Assembly: GCF_001194135.2 (NCBI RefSeq) | Contig: NC_068984.1 | Span: 69,484,790 to 69,521,108 of the forward strand | Length of the DNA: 36,319 nucleotides | Source of the DNA: Octopus bimaculoides | Taxonomy: Eukaryota | Reading direction: 5' to 3' | Shown here: in pieces, positions 10,222 through 20,744 of the stretch | Layout of the letters: the number at the start of each line of letters is the position of its first letter | Position numbering within the stretch: the first letter of the stretch is position 1 | Notes under the pieces: model-generated | Database searches by the model: none | What the model was told of the DNA's origin: nothing | Seen by the model: the letters and a program-made list of their open reading frames with translations, nothing else | Program-made: the position numbers and the translations under genes

Positions 10222-10555
10222 CTATATATACACACACACACACACACACACGTGTGTGTGTGTGTGTGTAATATATATATATACATACGTTACTGACAGG
10301 GACTTCTAAGTCTGGGCCAGTTAAGCCATCATCAGCACCCTGACAATGGGTTATATGGTTGAAACTTTGAAGTCACTGACAACAACATTCTTGATAAAAA
10401 TAAGAAATCTGTATAGAGTAAGCCATCAGATTAATGCAAAGTTGTTTCGATTGTAACTGAACATAAAATCAAACATTAATATATCTATATGTGTGTGTAA
10501 AGATATGTGTATTTATATGTGTGTGTGTGTGTATATAAATATATATATATATATA

Positions 10556-10970
10556 TACTCTCTCTTTACTCTTTTACTTGTTTCAGTCATTTGACTGTGG
10601 CCATGCTGGAGCACCGCCTTTTTAGTCAAGCAATTCGACCCCAGGACTTATTCTTTGGAAGCCTAGTACTTATTCTATCTGCCTATTTTGCCAAACCGCT
10701 AAGTTACGGGGACGTAAACACACCACCATTGGTTGTCAAGCGATGCTGGGGGGACAAACACAAACATACACACACACATACATATATATATAAATATACA
10801 TACATATATACGACAGGCTTCTTTCAGTTTCCATCTTCCAAATCCACTCACAAGGCTTTGGTCAGCCGGAGGCTATAGAAGACACTTGCCCAAGGTGCCA
10901 CGCAGTGGGAGTGAACACGGAACCCTGTGGTTGGTAAGCAAGCTACTTACCACACAGCCACTCCTGCGCC
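10556..10970 (-). mobile_element. tRNA-derived SINE family A, near full length, with internal (CA)/(TA) tract, inserted in a (TA)n tract
   Basis: Minus strand starts GGCGCAGGAGTGGCTGTGTGGTAAG (A-box-like), then GTGTTCACTCCC (B-box-like), and ends ...GACTGAAACAAGTAAAAGAGTAAAGAGA. Confidence 0.9.
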
Positions 10971-11004
10971 TATGTATATAGATATATATTTATTTATTTA
11001 TTTT

Positions 11005-11170
11005 TTATTTTCCCTCTCTATTTATTTCTGTGTTCCTTTCTATTGAAGAGTGTAGGCTTGAAACATAAAAGACTTTCTCACTTCCCGAGCGTTATACTAA
11101 TACATTTGTTTGTTGTTCACACACCTGTCTTTGTCATTTGCTTTGTTTATCTTTTTTGTAAATTCCAACT
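11005..11170 (+). repeat. Short non-coding repeat carrying a degenerate minimal hammerhead-like motif (possible Penelope-like pLTR remnant)
   Basis: CTTT-CTATTGA-A-GAGT GTAG GCTT-GAA-ACAT-A-AAAG at 11036-11071; the assignment is inferred. Confidence 0.4.
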
Positions 11171-11224
11171 GTATATATACATATATATAAATGTATGTTT
11201 GCATATATAAAGTTCAGAATGCTC

Positions 11225-12105
11225 TTACTTCTGCTGGCAACAAAGGGCCTCTCGCTCAGAGTGAAAGGTTGACTGTATAATACATATGTGCAAACTGCCA
11301 TGCAACACAGCAATGAATCTTAAGCCGTGACTGCTGAGGACATGTGTAGGCATGAAAGAAATGAAGCTAGTATGATCCGCTGGATCTGTTATGCTAGTAT
11401 GCATACACAAAAGAGTGTAAGCACCTTGAGAGAAAAGTTGGACATAAAAAGCATCAGATGCAGTGTGCAAGAGAGACATCTGCACTGGTATGGCCATGTG
11501 TTACATATGGATGAGGACAGCTGCATGACGAAGTGTCGCACTCAAACAATGGAAGAACCTGTGGAAGAGGTAAACCCAGGAAGATATGGGAGAAGGTGGT
11601 GAAGCATGGCCTTCAAAAGTTGGGCCTCACTGAGGCAATGACAAGAAGACAAGACCTTTGGAGATATGCTGTGATTGAAAAGACCTAGCAAGTAAAGTGA
11701 GACCGCAGCTGTGGCCAATGCTAGTGTTGCGTAACCAGCCCATTTAAAAGTACCTTTGAAACACTGAGCGATATGATGTGCTTGAGAAGACCTGTTGGGC
11801 GAAGTGAAATCGAAATCATAGTCGTGGCCAGTGTCCCTGATTGGCACCCATGCCTGGTGACATGTAAAATGCACCACCTGAACGTGGTCGATGCCAGTGC
11901 TCCCTGACTTGTTCCCATGCCGGTGGCATGTAAAAAGACGCCACAATACTTACGGAGTGGTTGGTGTTAGGAGGGGCAGCCTGGTGTAGACACCTTGTCA
12001 GATCAGATTGGAGTCAGGTGCAGCCTACTGGCTTGCCAGTATTCACTCAAACCATCCAAACCATGCCAACATGGAAAGCGGATGTTAAACGATGATGATG
12101 ATGAT
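11225..12105 (+). mobile_element. 5'-truncated RTE-clade LINE: RT C-terminal coding remnant, 3' UTR and (GAT)n tail
   Basis: LSLRVKG*LY...AVTAEDMCRHERNEASMIRWIC...LREKLDIKSIRCSVQERHLHWYGHVLHMDEDSCMTKCR is typical RTE LRWxGHVxRM sequence. The tail matches 1-228. Confidence 0.9.
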
Positions 12106-12129
12106 ATATATATGTATATATATATATAT

Positions 12130-12410
12130 NNNNNNNNNNNNNNNNNNNNNNNNNNNNNNNNNNNNNNNNNNNNNNNNNNNNNNNNNNNNNNNNNNNNNNN
12201 NNNNNNNNNNNNNNNNNNNNNNNNNNNNNNNNNNNNNNNNNNNNNNNNNNNNNNNNNNNNNNNNNNNNNNNNNNNNNNNNNNNNNNNNNNNNNNNNNNNN
12301 NNNNNNNNNNNNNNNNNNNNNNNNNNNNNNNNNNNNNNNNNNNNNNNNNNNNNNNNNNNNNNNNNNNNNNNNNNNNNNNNNNNNNNNNNNNNNNNNNNNN
12401 NNNNNNNNNN
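12130..12410. other. Assembly gap
   Basis: N run after (TA)n and shortly before (GAA)n. Confidence 1.
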
Positions 12411-12420
12411 AACTGATGTT

Positions 12421-12433
12421 GAAGAAGAAGAAG

Positions 12434-12463
<30 letters not shown>
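12421..12463. repeat. (GAA)n microsatellite
   Basis: Direct reading. Confidence 0.95.
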
Positions 12464-12464
<1 letters not shown>

Positions 12465-13269
12465 GCTCTACACATTAACATTTCTGCCAATCTTAGTTCA
12501 GCCCAGTCCAGGGAGGTTAAGGAACTGGCAGAATAATGAGAGCATCAGACAAAAATGTGAAATGATTTTTTTTTTTTTCTGGCTCTTTTTTGATTTCAGA
12601 TTTGTCTAAAACCAACTTTGCTTCTGGCTTCGATGAAACAAAATACCAGTCAAGAACTGAGTTTGATTTAATTGACTGCCTCCTTGCCTTAAGTTTCTGG
12701 TCTTATTAGTATATTATTCCTTTATTGTTTTTTGTTTATTTGTTTGATTCTTGCCCTAGGCTTGAATATGGTTGTGGGATTACATATTAGAGATGTCAAC
12801 TATTTCAACAAAATATTTCTAAGTCAATACCAAGAACGAAATAATTAATATTTAATTTTAGGTAAAAAAAACAACAAATCTGCATGGAAATATGATGGCT
12901 ACAGACACAATCTGCATGGAAATATGAAAAAAAAACAAAAAAAAATAGTACTTAAGTAAATATTAACTTCTTGAAAGTAACCAGAATATGGTCAGAGTAA
13001 CAGCAGCATCATTCAAAATGTCTTGCTGTATTTATTCTACCTTCTTGCATTCTACGGTCAATGCTTACTAAGGCCAGCTTTACTACCTATCGTCCTGTAG
13101 GGGGCTAAAAATAAAGTACCAACCAAGGTATTGAAATGGTGAAATTATTAGAATGTTGAACTCATGGCCTAACAATAGTAGTTCTGGATTCTTGTATTTT
13201 GAGTTCAAATGCTGCTGTAACCTGCTTTGTTAGTAGATTTAAATCTTCCCCTGGAACAATAAAAAGTTG

Positions 13270-13551
13270 TTGGAAATTACCCTCCAAGGCACAAGTCTGG
13301 GCAAGGTTACTTATGGAAGACCGGCACTCACCCATGCATACCAACCTCCCCTCTCCACACCACTGATGGGAAAGGCAAAGGCTGATAAAGCTTGGCACCA
13401 ATGATGTTGGAACTCATTTCTACAGCTGAGTGAACTGGAGTAATGAGAAATACAGTGTCTTGCTCAAGAACACAACACGCAGCTTGGTCAAGGATTCGAA
13501 CTCACTACCTCATAAATGAGAGCCTGATGATATCACCACTGAGCTATCACC
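13270..13551 (-). mobile_element. tRNA-derived SINE (family C)
   Basis: Minus strand GGTGATAGCTCAGTGG (A box, 13536-13551) and GAGTTCGAATCC (B box, 13492-13503), followed by TGTGTTCTTGAGCAAGACACT...CCAGTTCACTCAGCTG; no tRNA acceptor stem or CCA end. Confidence 0.8.
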
Positions 13552-14280
13552 CCTGGTTCTAAGGTAACTTTAGCAGACTCAACTCTATTGCAAGTATTTG
13601 AACCAGGTTTCTAGTAGGGGATACATTTCTTCCAGCCTCCTACAAGTCTCAGAGGTTTTATAATTGGTCATCATCTTTATCATCGCATTAATATCCACTT
13701 CTCCATGCTCATATTGGTTAATATGGAATATCTGTGGCTATATGCTTTTCCAGTCACCAACTCTAACACTGGTATTGTCATAATTTATAGTTAGTCACAA
13801 GATCGAATCCAGTCAAAACTGACTATACTTTGCAGCATATTTATCTTTATCCTACCCAACACCAGCCACTACCCACCCCATAGATCTCTTAAATAAGAAT
13901 CTATAATGTACTTGGGTTGATTCAATGGACTATGTTTCTGAAACATCTGATTCTAGCCTAGTTGTAAAGTAAGGAATCAATGACATTTATATAATCAATA
14001 ATCTCGCCATTGTTTAATATTCATACGTATTCAGTAAAAGAGGAGAAATTCACTTGTAATTTAGCAAATGAAACTTTCAAATGCAGAATTAATGCACTAT
14101 ACTCCTATTTCATTAAATTCTTATTGAAATTAAGAAGCAGAAATCTTAGTTAACATGAAAGAATTATAAAGCATGGACATAATATTTACTGAGTGTAAAT
14201 TGAGACATTATCAATCTGTAGCCATCATTTTAATTGACAAAGTTCTCAAAAGTTGAAGGAAGAATCTCATTTCCCAGGTT

Positions 14281-14322
14281 TAATAATAATAATAATAATA
14301 ATAATGATAATAATAATAATAA
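14281..14322. repeat. (AAT)n microsatellite directly 5' of the 14324-14768 element
   Basis: Direct reading. Confidence 0.95.
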
Positions 14323-14323
14323 A

Positions 14324-14768
14324 GTATTCTGCTCAATACAAAAGATTTGCTTGTCAGTTGTTTGACCTTAACCAGTTGAACATGTCCCTTGGTAGCTGAT
14401 GATATGTGCATCTCTGATCATGAGCAGATGTGGTAAGGGTGCATCATAGCCATGTGTTGAAAGAAATTCTTTGGGGTTTGAATAATACACCTCTGGAAAC
14501 ATACGTGTCTCATTCAATATCCTTAAACAACCTTTATTCAAGGACCATTTGAGCGGGATGAGCTACTCCACCTGAAGAAAATTCTAACTGATCCCCACCC
14601 GCAAGGTCATGTGCTGTTTACCTTGATATGTGATCACCATGTCGCACACATGTGGTTGTGATGCATGTGCCTGATGTACCCTTATCACATGGGAAGTCAT
14701 GATGGGTATATTGGACTTCGTGTATTTTACCCCAGTATCACTTTGATGACATGCACTGCTCTCTCACT
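14324..14768 (+). mobile_element. Interspersed repeat with (AAT)n tail, copy 2 (more 5'-truncated)
   Basis: Colinear with 2980-3424, same 3' end. Confidence 0.8.
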
Positions 14769-14771
14769 TTT

Positions 14772-14772
<1 letters not shown>

Positions 14773-14812
<40 letters not shown>

Positions 14813-14817
14813 TAATG

Positions 14818-14912
<95 letters not shown>

Positions 14913-14919
14913 AAGAAGA
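14773..14919. repeat. Compound (AAT)n-(GAA)n microsatellite
   Basis: Direct reading. Confidence 0.97.
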
Positions 14920-15563
14920 ATTTCTTACTTAAGCACAAAGCTGTACTTTTAAGGTGTAGTGGTTAATTGATACCATTGACCTCAGTACTTGACTGGGGCT
15001 GCCTTACACTGACTCCAAAAAGGTGGAAGGCAAATTTAACGTTGGCAGGATTTAAACTCAGGGAAAAAAAGTATTAGAACAAATACTACAACACATTTTT
15101 GCAACATTTTAACAATTCTGTCTGAAAAAAAAATTATTGCACTGATACAAGGTACAAGGCCAGAAATTTTAGGAGTGGAGTTAGCAATTAAACTGTCATC
15201 AAAACACAAATGCTAGTTTATTTTATTGACACATGATGTGTGACAGGCAAAATTGACTCCAGCAACATTTGAATTCAGAATGGAAAGTGTCAGAACAAAC
15301 ACATTATTATTTTGTTTAAAACTCTAATATTTCTGCCAATCCACTTCCTTTTTTGATTGTCCACATTGTCCCATACATGCAAGGCAAAATATATTAGATA
15401 AAAAGGGTTACAAAGCATTTCGCCAAACACACACATGCACACACACACATATGAACACACATATATGGACACATACATATGTACACACACATACATGCAG
15501 ATTCACACATATATATATTCATGTGTATAATGGGTGAAGAACAACAATGTAATGCAATATATT

Positions 15564-15969
15564 CTTTTCTAACTAGGCACAAAGCTCGAAATTTTGGGGG
15601 GACAGGGACGCAACCGGTACTTAATTTATCGATCCCAAAAGGATGAAAGGTAAAGTCGACCTCGGTGGAATTTGAAGAGAGACAAAATACCGCTAAGCAT
15701 TTTACCCAGCAGGCTAAAGTTTCTGCCAGATCACCACCTTAACACAGATATACTAATCTTTTCCATTCTAAGCACAAGGCCCGAAATTTTTGGAGGAGGC
15801 TAGTCGATTAGATTGATCTCAGTATGCAGCTGGTACTTAATTTATCGACCCCGAAAAGATGAAAGGCAAAGTCGACCTCAGCCGAATTTAAACTCAGAAT
15901 GTAAAGACAGACGACATACTGCTAAGCATTTTGCCTGGCATGCTAAAGTTTGTGACAGCTGGCCACCTT
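15564..15969 (-). mobile_element. Head-to-tail dimer of SINE family B flanked by a 16-bp target-site duplication
   Basis: Two cores (about 15564-15740 and 15755-15969); TGTAATGCAATATATT at 15548-15563 and 15970-15985. Confidence 0.85.
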
Positions 15970-15994
15970 TGTAATGCAATATATTAAAACAGGT

Positions 15995-16205
15995 TAAGAT
16001 GGTGAGCAAGTAGAATTGTTAGCATGCAGGGCAAAATGCTTCATATTATTTTATCCATCTGAGTTGAAATGCTCAGAAAGACAACTTTGCCTTTCGTTCT
16101 TTCAGGATTGATAAAATGAATACCAGTCGAGGACTGGGGTCGAAGTAATCAGTTTACCTCCTACCCCAAAAATTGATGAGCTTGTGCCAAAATTTGAAAC
16201 AAATA
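15995..16205 (+). mobile_element. SINE family B copy, inverted relative to the adjacent dimer
   Basis: GTTAGCATGCAGGGCAAAATGCTT...CAACTTTGCCTTTCGTTCTTTCAGGATTGATAAAATGAATACCAG...CTGGGGTCGA. Confidence 0.8.
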
Positions 16206-16219
16206 TATCAAAACATGTT

Positions 16220-17750
16220 AAAAATTTAGTACACAAAACAAATAAGAATGGAATACCCAGAGACAAGTGAGAAACAAATCTATCATAACATCCTTCAACT
16301 CAGACCATATGTTCACACCAACTGCCATCTGCAAATTGAATCTTCTAGAAGTACCAACCTTTGATCTTAGCAAATCTGCTAATAGTCCTACATTCTCTGA
16401 ATAGTCTCCTTTACCTGTCAATATATCACTAGTGTTATCTTCAACAACTATCTATTCTCTACAGATACCTATTGTTTGCCCTTTTGTCCTCATCCACCAA
16501 CATAAAATTTGTCTTAACTGCTTGTAGATTCATCATCCATGAAGGTCAGGTACTTTTGAGGACAGACACAGTCACATGAGGGACTTTTATACTTTTCTTC
16601 TCTTTTTATCTGAGGTCCTTGTATTCATTTTATTTTTGTTTTTTTTTGTTTTTGGCCACATTTCTTTTTTACTGTCTCCGACATTTTTCCACATGTTTCT
16701 AGGTGCCATCTCTTTTTCATCATCACAAGGCAATGACATGTAGCTTCTTGTAGCCTGAGGCCAACTTTCTGCTTGTAGGGTAAATACTTAACTTCTTCAT
16801 GCCCTATCTTCTTTGCACTTGATGCCATTGAGTTAGAGCCTGGATGTTGAAATACTTCTATTTTCTTTAGCTCTGACAATAGTCACAATTCCACCCAGTG
16901 ATATTGTAGCAGCAGCAATAATTATGATTACCTGTTTCTATCTGCTGCTAATTTCATTTTTCATTTCCCTTTTCTCTTTTTAAGCAATATGTTCTGGCAT
17001 GGTTTGAACACACACATGTGTAGCATGAGAAGTTATTTACCTGCACAAGTAATCTGACTGACTTCCTCTAACTGACCTAATGCTGGGATAGACTTGTGGT
17101 GTTTGTGGATTATCAGGCCCTGGATGTATATGCAGATTCTGCCCAACTATATGTTGTAGCAGTTCACCTCCATTCTCATCAGCTGCCCAAAGTATGCAAT
17201 AAAGAAAGCCATAAGCTAAGGAAACCATGCTAGTACTATTGTCTCTGATTGTGGATCTTGAGTTTCTCTTGCCTGAGTATTGTGGAACCACCAAGTGGGT
17301 AGGTATGTAGTGCAAGAATGGTGATTGTTTCTCACCTCATCCCCAGTCTTAAATGTTTCATATCTTTCCTCCATATTTAGGGAGCATACATCCTCCACTT
17401 CTTTTTTGAGGGCATATAGAAACTGTTTTTGAAAAACAAAATAATGGCATTTTCCTCCTTGATTTTTCTTGGATAGATTCACTGGGAAATGATGTACCTC
17501 TTCCATACTGTTTATTTTCATTGGAGTATCAAGTATTTCCATTTGGTTCTTTTTCACTAGCAGAAGATGAGTTACTGCTATGATTGATTTTTTTTGTTTT
17601 TGCTATTTAAATATGTTTTCACCAAATTTTCTTTTGCTTCTTAAATTGTGTTTGTCTGTGCTCATTAGTACACTCTTTGTTTAAAGAGTTATTTTTTTCT
17701 GGCCTGTTTTCTTCTTTAATTTGTCTCTGTTTCTATAAAATGTGTGGGTT
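16220..17750 (-). pseudogene. Decayed multi-frame coding relic: PWWP-like and Cys-rich segments followed by a Sola-like transposase N-terminal region (tentative)
   Basis: Purine/A-rich minus strand with protein-like blocks across frames: YETFKTGDEV...TYLPTWW...FFIAYFG...TYSWAE; FSCYTCVCSNH; YCCCYNITGWNCDYCQS; KRNVAKNKKKQK*NEYKDLR*KEKK / KSPSCDCVCPQKY / QAVKTNFML / KIQFADGSWCEH. Many stops and frameshifts; assignment by eye only. Confidence 0.4.
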
Positions 17751-18084
17751 TGTGTATTCATTGCCCCCACCTGCTACAACTGAAGTTGCTATATTGAGCA
17801 ACTGATAAAGATATAAAAACTTGTACTCACAAAAATATATATAGACAATAAAATGTCCAAAGATGAATCGTCTTTTCCATTACCTAGGTGGGTATTTAAA
17901 TATTCCAAAGCATTTTGTAGCATATAAAAAAAAAAAACAATAATAAAGCCAGAAAAATCCTTTTTTTTTTTTCCTTCTATCAAGAAATCCTAGAAGAAAT
18001 TACCTTCTAAGCAGATCTTTGCCAACATATATATCTGCGACATACAATGACAATAACAACAATAATAAATATTGTTGTATAGAA

Positions 18085-18440
18085 ATCACTATTTTGTAAG
18101 CAGGATTGATGCAATATACTGCTCTTATGATTTGGAAATTAAGAATCATGAATCTAAGTCATCATAAAGGTTCATAAACCATGGACGTAATGCTTAACGT
18201 TGCTTAGAATATATTGCAGCATAATCATTTTAAAGAAAAATGGTTCTCAATAGTTGATTGATGAATCCAATTTCTTTGTAGTTTTAATAATCCTTCAAAA
18301 GAGTGTTGAATACTGAATGAAAACTTGACTCAGAAATATTATTTACATCAATCTTGGGGGAAAAATAAGAATTTAATCGTTTTTATGTTATCCTGAGAAT
18401 AATATGAAGTCAAGAAAATTAATGAAACTGGGAAAGTTTG
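18085..18440 (+). repeat. Unclassified dispersed repeat, copy 2 (see 5640-6000)
   Basis: Shared sequence blocks in the same order. Confidence 0.75.
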
Positions 18441-20234
18441 ATTTACTCCTCTCCTCTATATTTTCTAAATTTTGGTACCAAAGAATAATGGAATCTAGAT
18501 GTTTTATGTTGCCAGAAATTCTTGGACAAGAGAGAATATGAGAATTTTATAATATTCATAGTTTTTTTTTTTTTGTGATCATTAACAATATATGGTAAAT
18601 TCTTAATAGAGTAGATATTAAATGAAATATTCATCTTTGGGGGTAGGGTGTCCTCCAAGAATATTAACCTTGAAGTTGACGTTCTTCTCAAATCACTGAA
18701 AGTTGACAGTTTTTGGGAAGACTGAAAAGCACTTTGAGAGGCGTGTAGATATATTACAAGTGACAAAAGGAGGAGAAATGAGTGGGCCAGTTAAAAATTA
18801 CAAAAATTAAAAAAATTACCTGCAAATAACAATACCTGCAGATTCCTTTTGAAATAGCACTGTCAGGGAAAGAAAGGTAGAGAAAATTGGAAGACCAATG
18901 AAGAAAGATAGTAAGAGAGTAATGACTGATTTTCTTCTAATATCCAATGATATAGAAGTGAATGTATGTTCCAAGTTGTAGGCCAACCCTATCAACTTCA
19001 AAACCTGAAACTTTGCACAGGAGCACATATTTTCAAAGAGAAAGTATGTGTTTTTTGTTTTTTAATTTGCTCATTTTAACTCCAGAAAGGAAATCTACAA
19101 ATATTGTATACCTGCAAGCAGTACATTAGACACTGTGAAAGTTATAATTTAGTAAAATAATTTGCTCGGCTTAAGCATGTAAATTAATGCAGTATTTAAA
19201 AAGAAAAAGCTTTCTGACAAAAACAATTTGTGAGAGTAAAATTTTATTTTGGCTTCTTTTGCTTACTTTTGTGCATATTTCTTTATTTAGTTCAACTTTA
19301 ACCATTTTCTGGTTGGCTTGGATGTAACAATTCTGAGTAAGTTAATATTCCTAGATAAACTAAAAGATTGTCATCATCTTTTTAAAGTAGATATTGCTGC
19401 AAATATTTAATAAATGTGATCGTGCATGTATGTTACAAATAAAAATAATATCTAAATTCCATGTATTCATATCAAAATTCAAACTTTCTGTCATAAGTTT
19501 TATGTACAAGGTGCATTCTGAAAGTTTTGAGATTTTGTTTAGGTGAGTCAATTATAACTGTTCAAGATTATAGTAATTATTATAGAGTTAACAAACTAAC
19601 CTGCCAACATTTTTTTTATTCTAGACTTGGTGCATACCCTACTAGATACTGCTTGCCACAGCCTACTAAGCACTAGTTTTATATAAAGTCAGGGAATAGG
19701 GAATAGGAGATAAGTATGTGCTTGTGAGGAAAGTTTGTGGTTTGATATAAAAGTATGGTGAAAAGATTCATTTTGGTTTCATGCAGGAACTTTGTTGTTG
19801 TTTTGGGTTCAGGTCATGACTTCTTTTGTGATAAGGATTTTTTTTTTGTGGTATTTTAAGATTCCCAAAAGAATTATTTCAAATAAATGTTGGCCACACA
19901 GCATAAGTCAGGCACAGTTTTTGAATTTGGCGTTAGTGTTTTTAACTTTGTAAAACAACCTAATATATTGCAAAAACTAGCCTTCATACAAAAAATCTCA
20001 TGACATGATTGTGTCAGTACACTGTATAATTAACAGTATACTTATACACATTTGTATATGTGGAGTAATTGAAATGGAATGGTTTAATTCTTCCACAAAA
20101 GAATTTCAAATGAAAATTCTTGCTTATGCACATCAATTAATTAAGAAAATAAACAATAATTTGGAAAGATTCAGTGAAAATTTTATGATTAAGCTGGTTC
20201 TTGGAGCATCTGTAATTTTAATATAAATAGGTGT

Positions 20235-20670
20235 AGGTATGATTCTGTGGGTGAGAATTTTTCATCTCAACCACATAGTTTCAAGTTCAGTCTCACTGCA
20301 TGGAATCTCAGGCTGTCTTGTATTAGAGCATCAGGCAACTCAAAGCCTAGTGAATGGATTTGGTAAACATGTATTGAAAGAAGCCCATTGTGTGTGTGTG
20401 TGTGTGTGTGTTTGTTTTTCTATCAACTAATATTTATATGTGAGTGTTTTTATCATACAAGGGTGTCATTCATCTCCAATATTCCACAAAAACATATTTG
20501 GCGATGAGTAAATGTTACCTTGCTTGAAAGAAGTGAGAGTTGGTGACAAGAAAAGTATCTGGCTATAGATGATCTGTCTCAATGAATTCCAAATAACCCA
20601 TGCAATCATGGAAAACCACATGTTAAAACATTACAAGAATGATCATGTTAATGATGATGATTATGATGGT
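20235..20670 (+). mobile_element. Decayed SINE with family-A tRNA head and RTE-type 3' tail
   Basis: Head CAACCACATAG...GTTCAGTCTCACTGCATGG...AAAGCC.AGTGAATGGATTTGGTA...GAAAGAAGCCC as in family A; tail ACCCATGCAATCATGGAAAA...TGTTAAAAC...(GAT)n as in the RTE copies. Confidence 0.65.
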
Positions 20671-20744
20671 GGTTGTGGTGACAATGATGAACACTTTAAA
20701 ATAATTTTATATCATAGAACCAGATGCCGTTTGAAGTGAATCAG

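Noticed and set aside
10350-10430. Short similarity to 35740-35800 and to the PLE 'DKTRNLY' region
   Set aside because: The match is short and AT-rich and cannot be distinguished from chance without an alignment.
13480-13551. Possible tRNA gene (A and B boxes); likewise 28400-28469 and 10900-10970
   Set aside because: No closing acceptor stem; each head continues into a multi-copy SINE body.
18816-19028. Hydrophobic minus-strand ORF (VLKLIGLAYN...SFFIGLPIFSTFLSLTVLF) resembling a membrane protein exon
   Set aside because: The hydrophobicity is explained by the antisense of purine-rich DNA; no recognisable family and no compatible neighbouring exons in that frame.
18640-19030. Plus-strand protein-like text interrupted by TGA (SFWED*KAL*EACR), suggesting TGA=Trp or a NUMT
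   Set aside because: TAG/TAA stops also occur and it does not resemble any mitochondrial protein; probably an unidentifiable decayed element.
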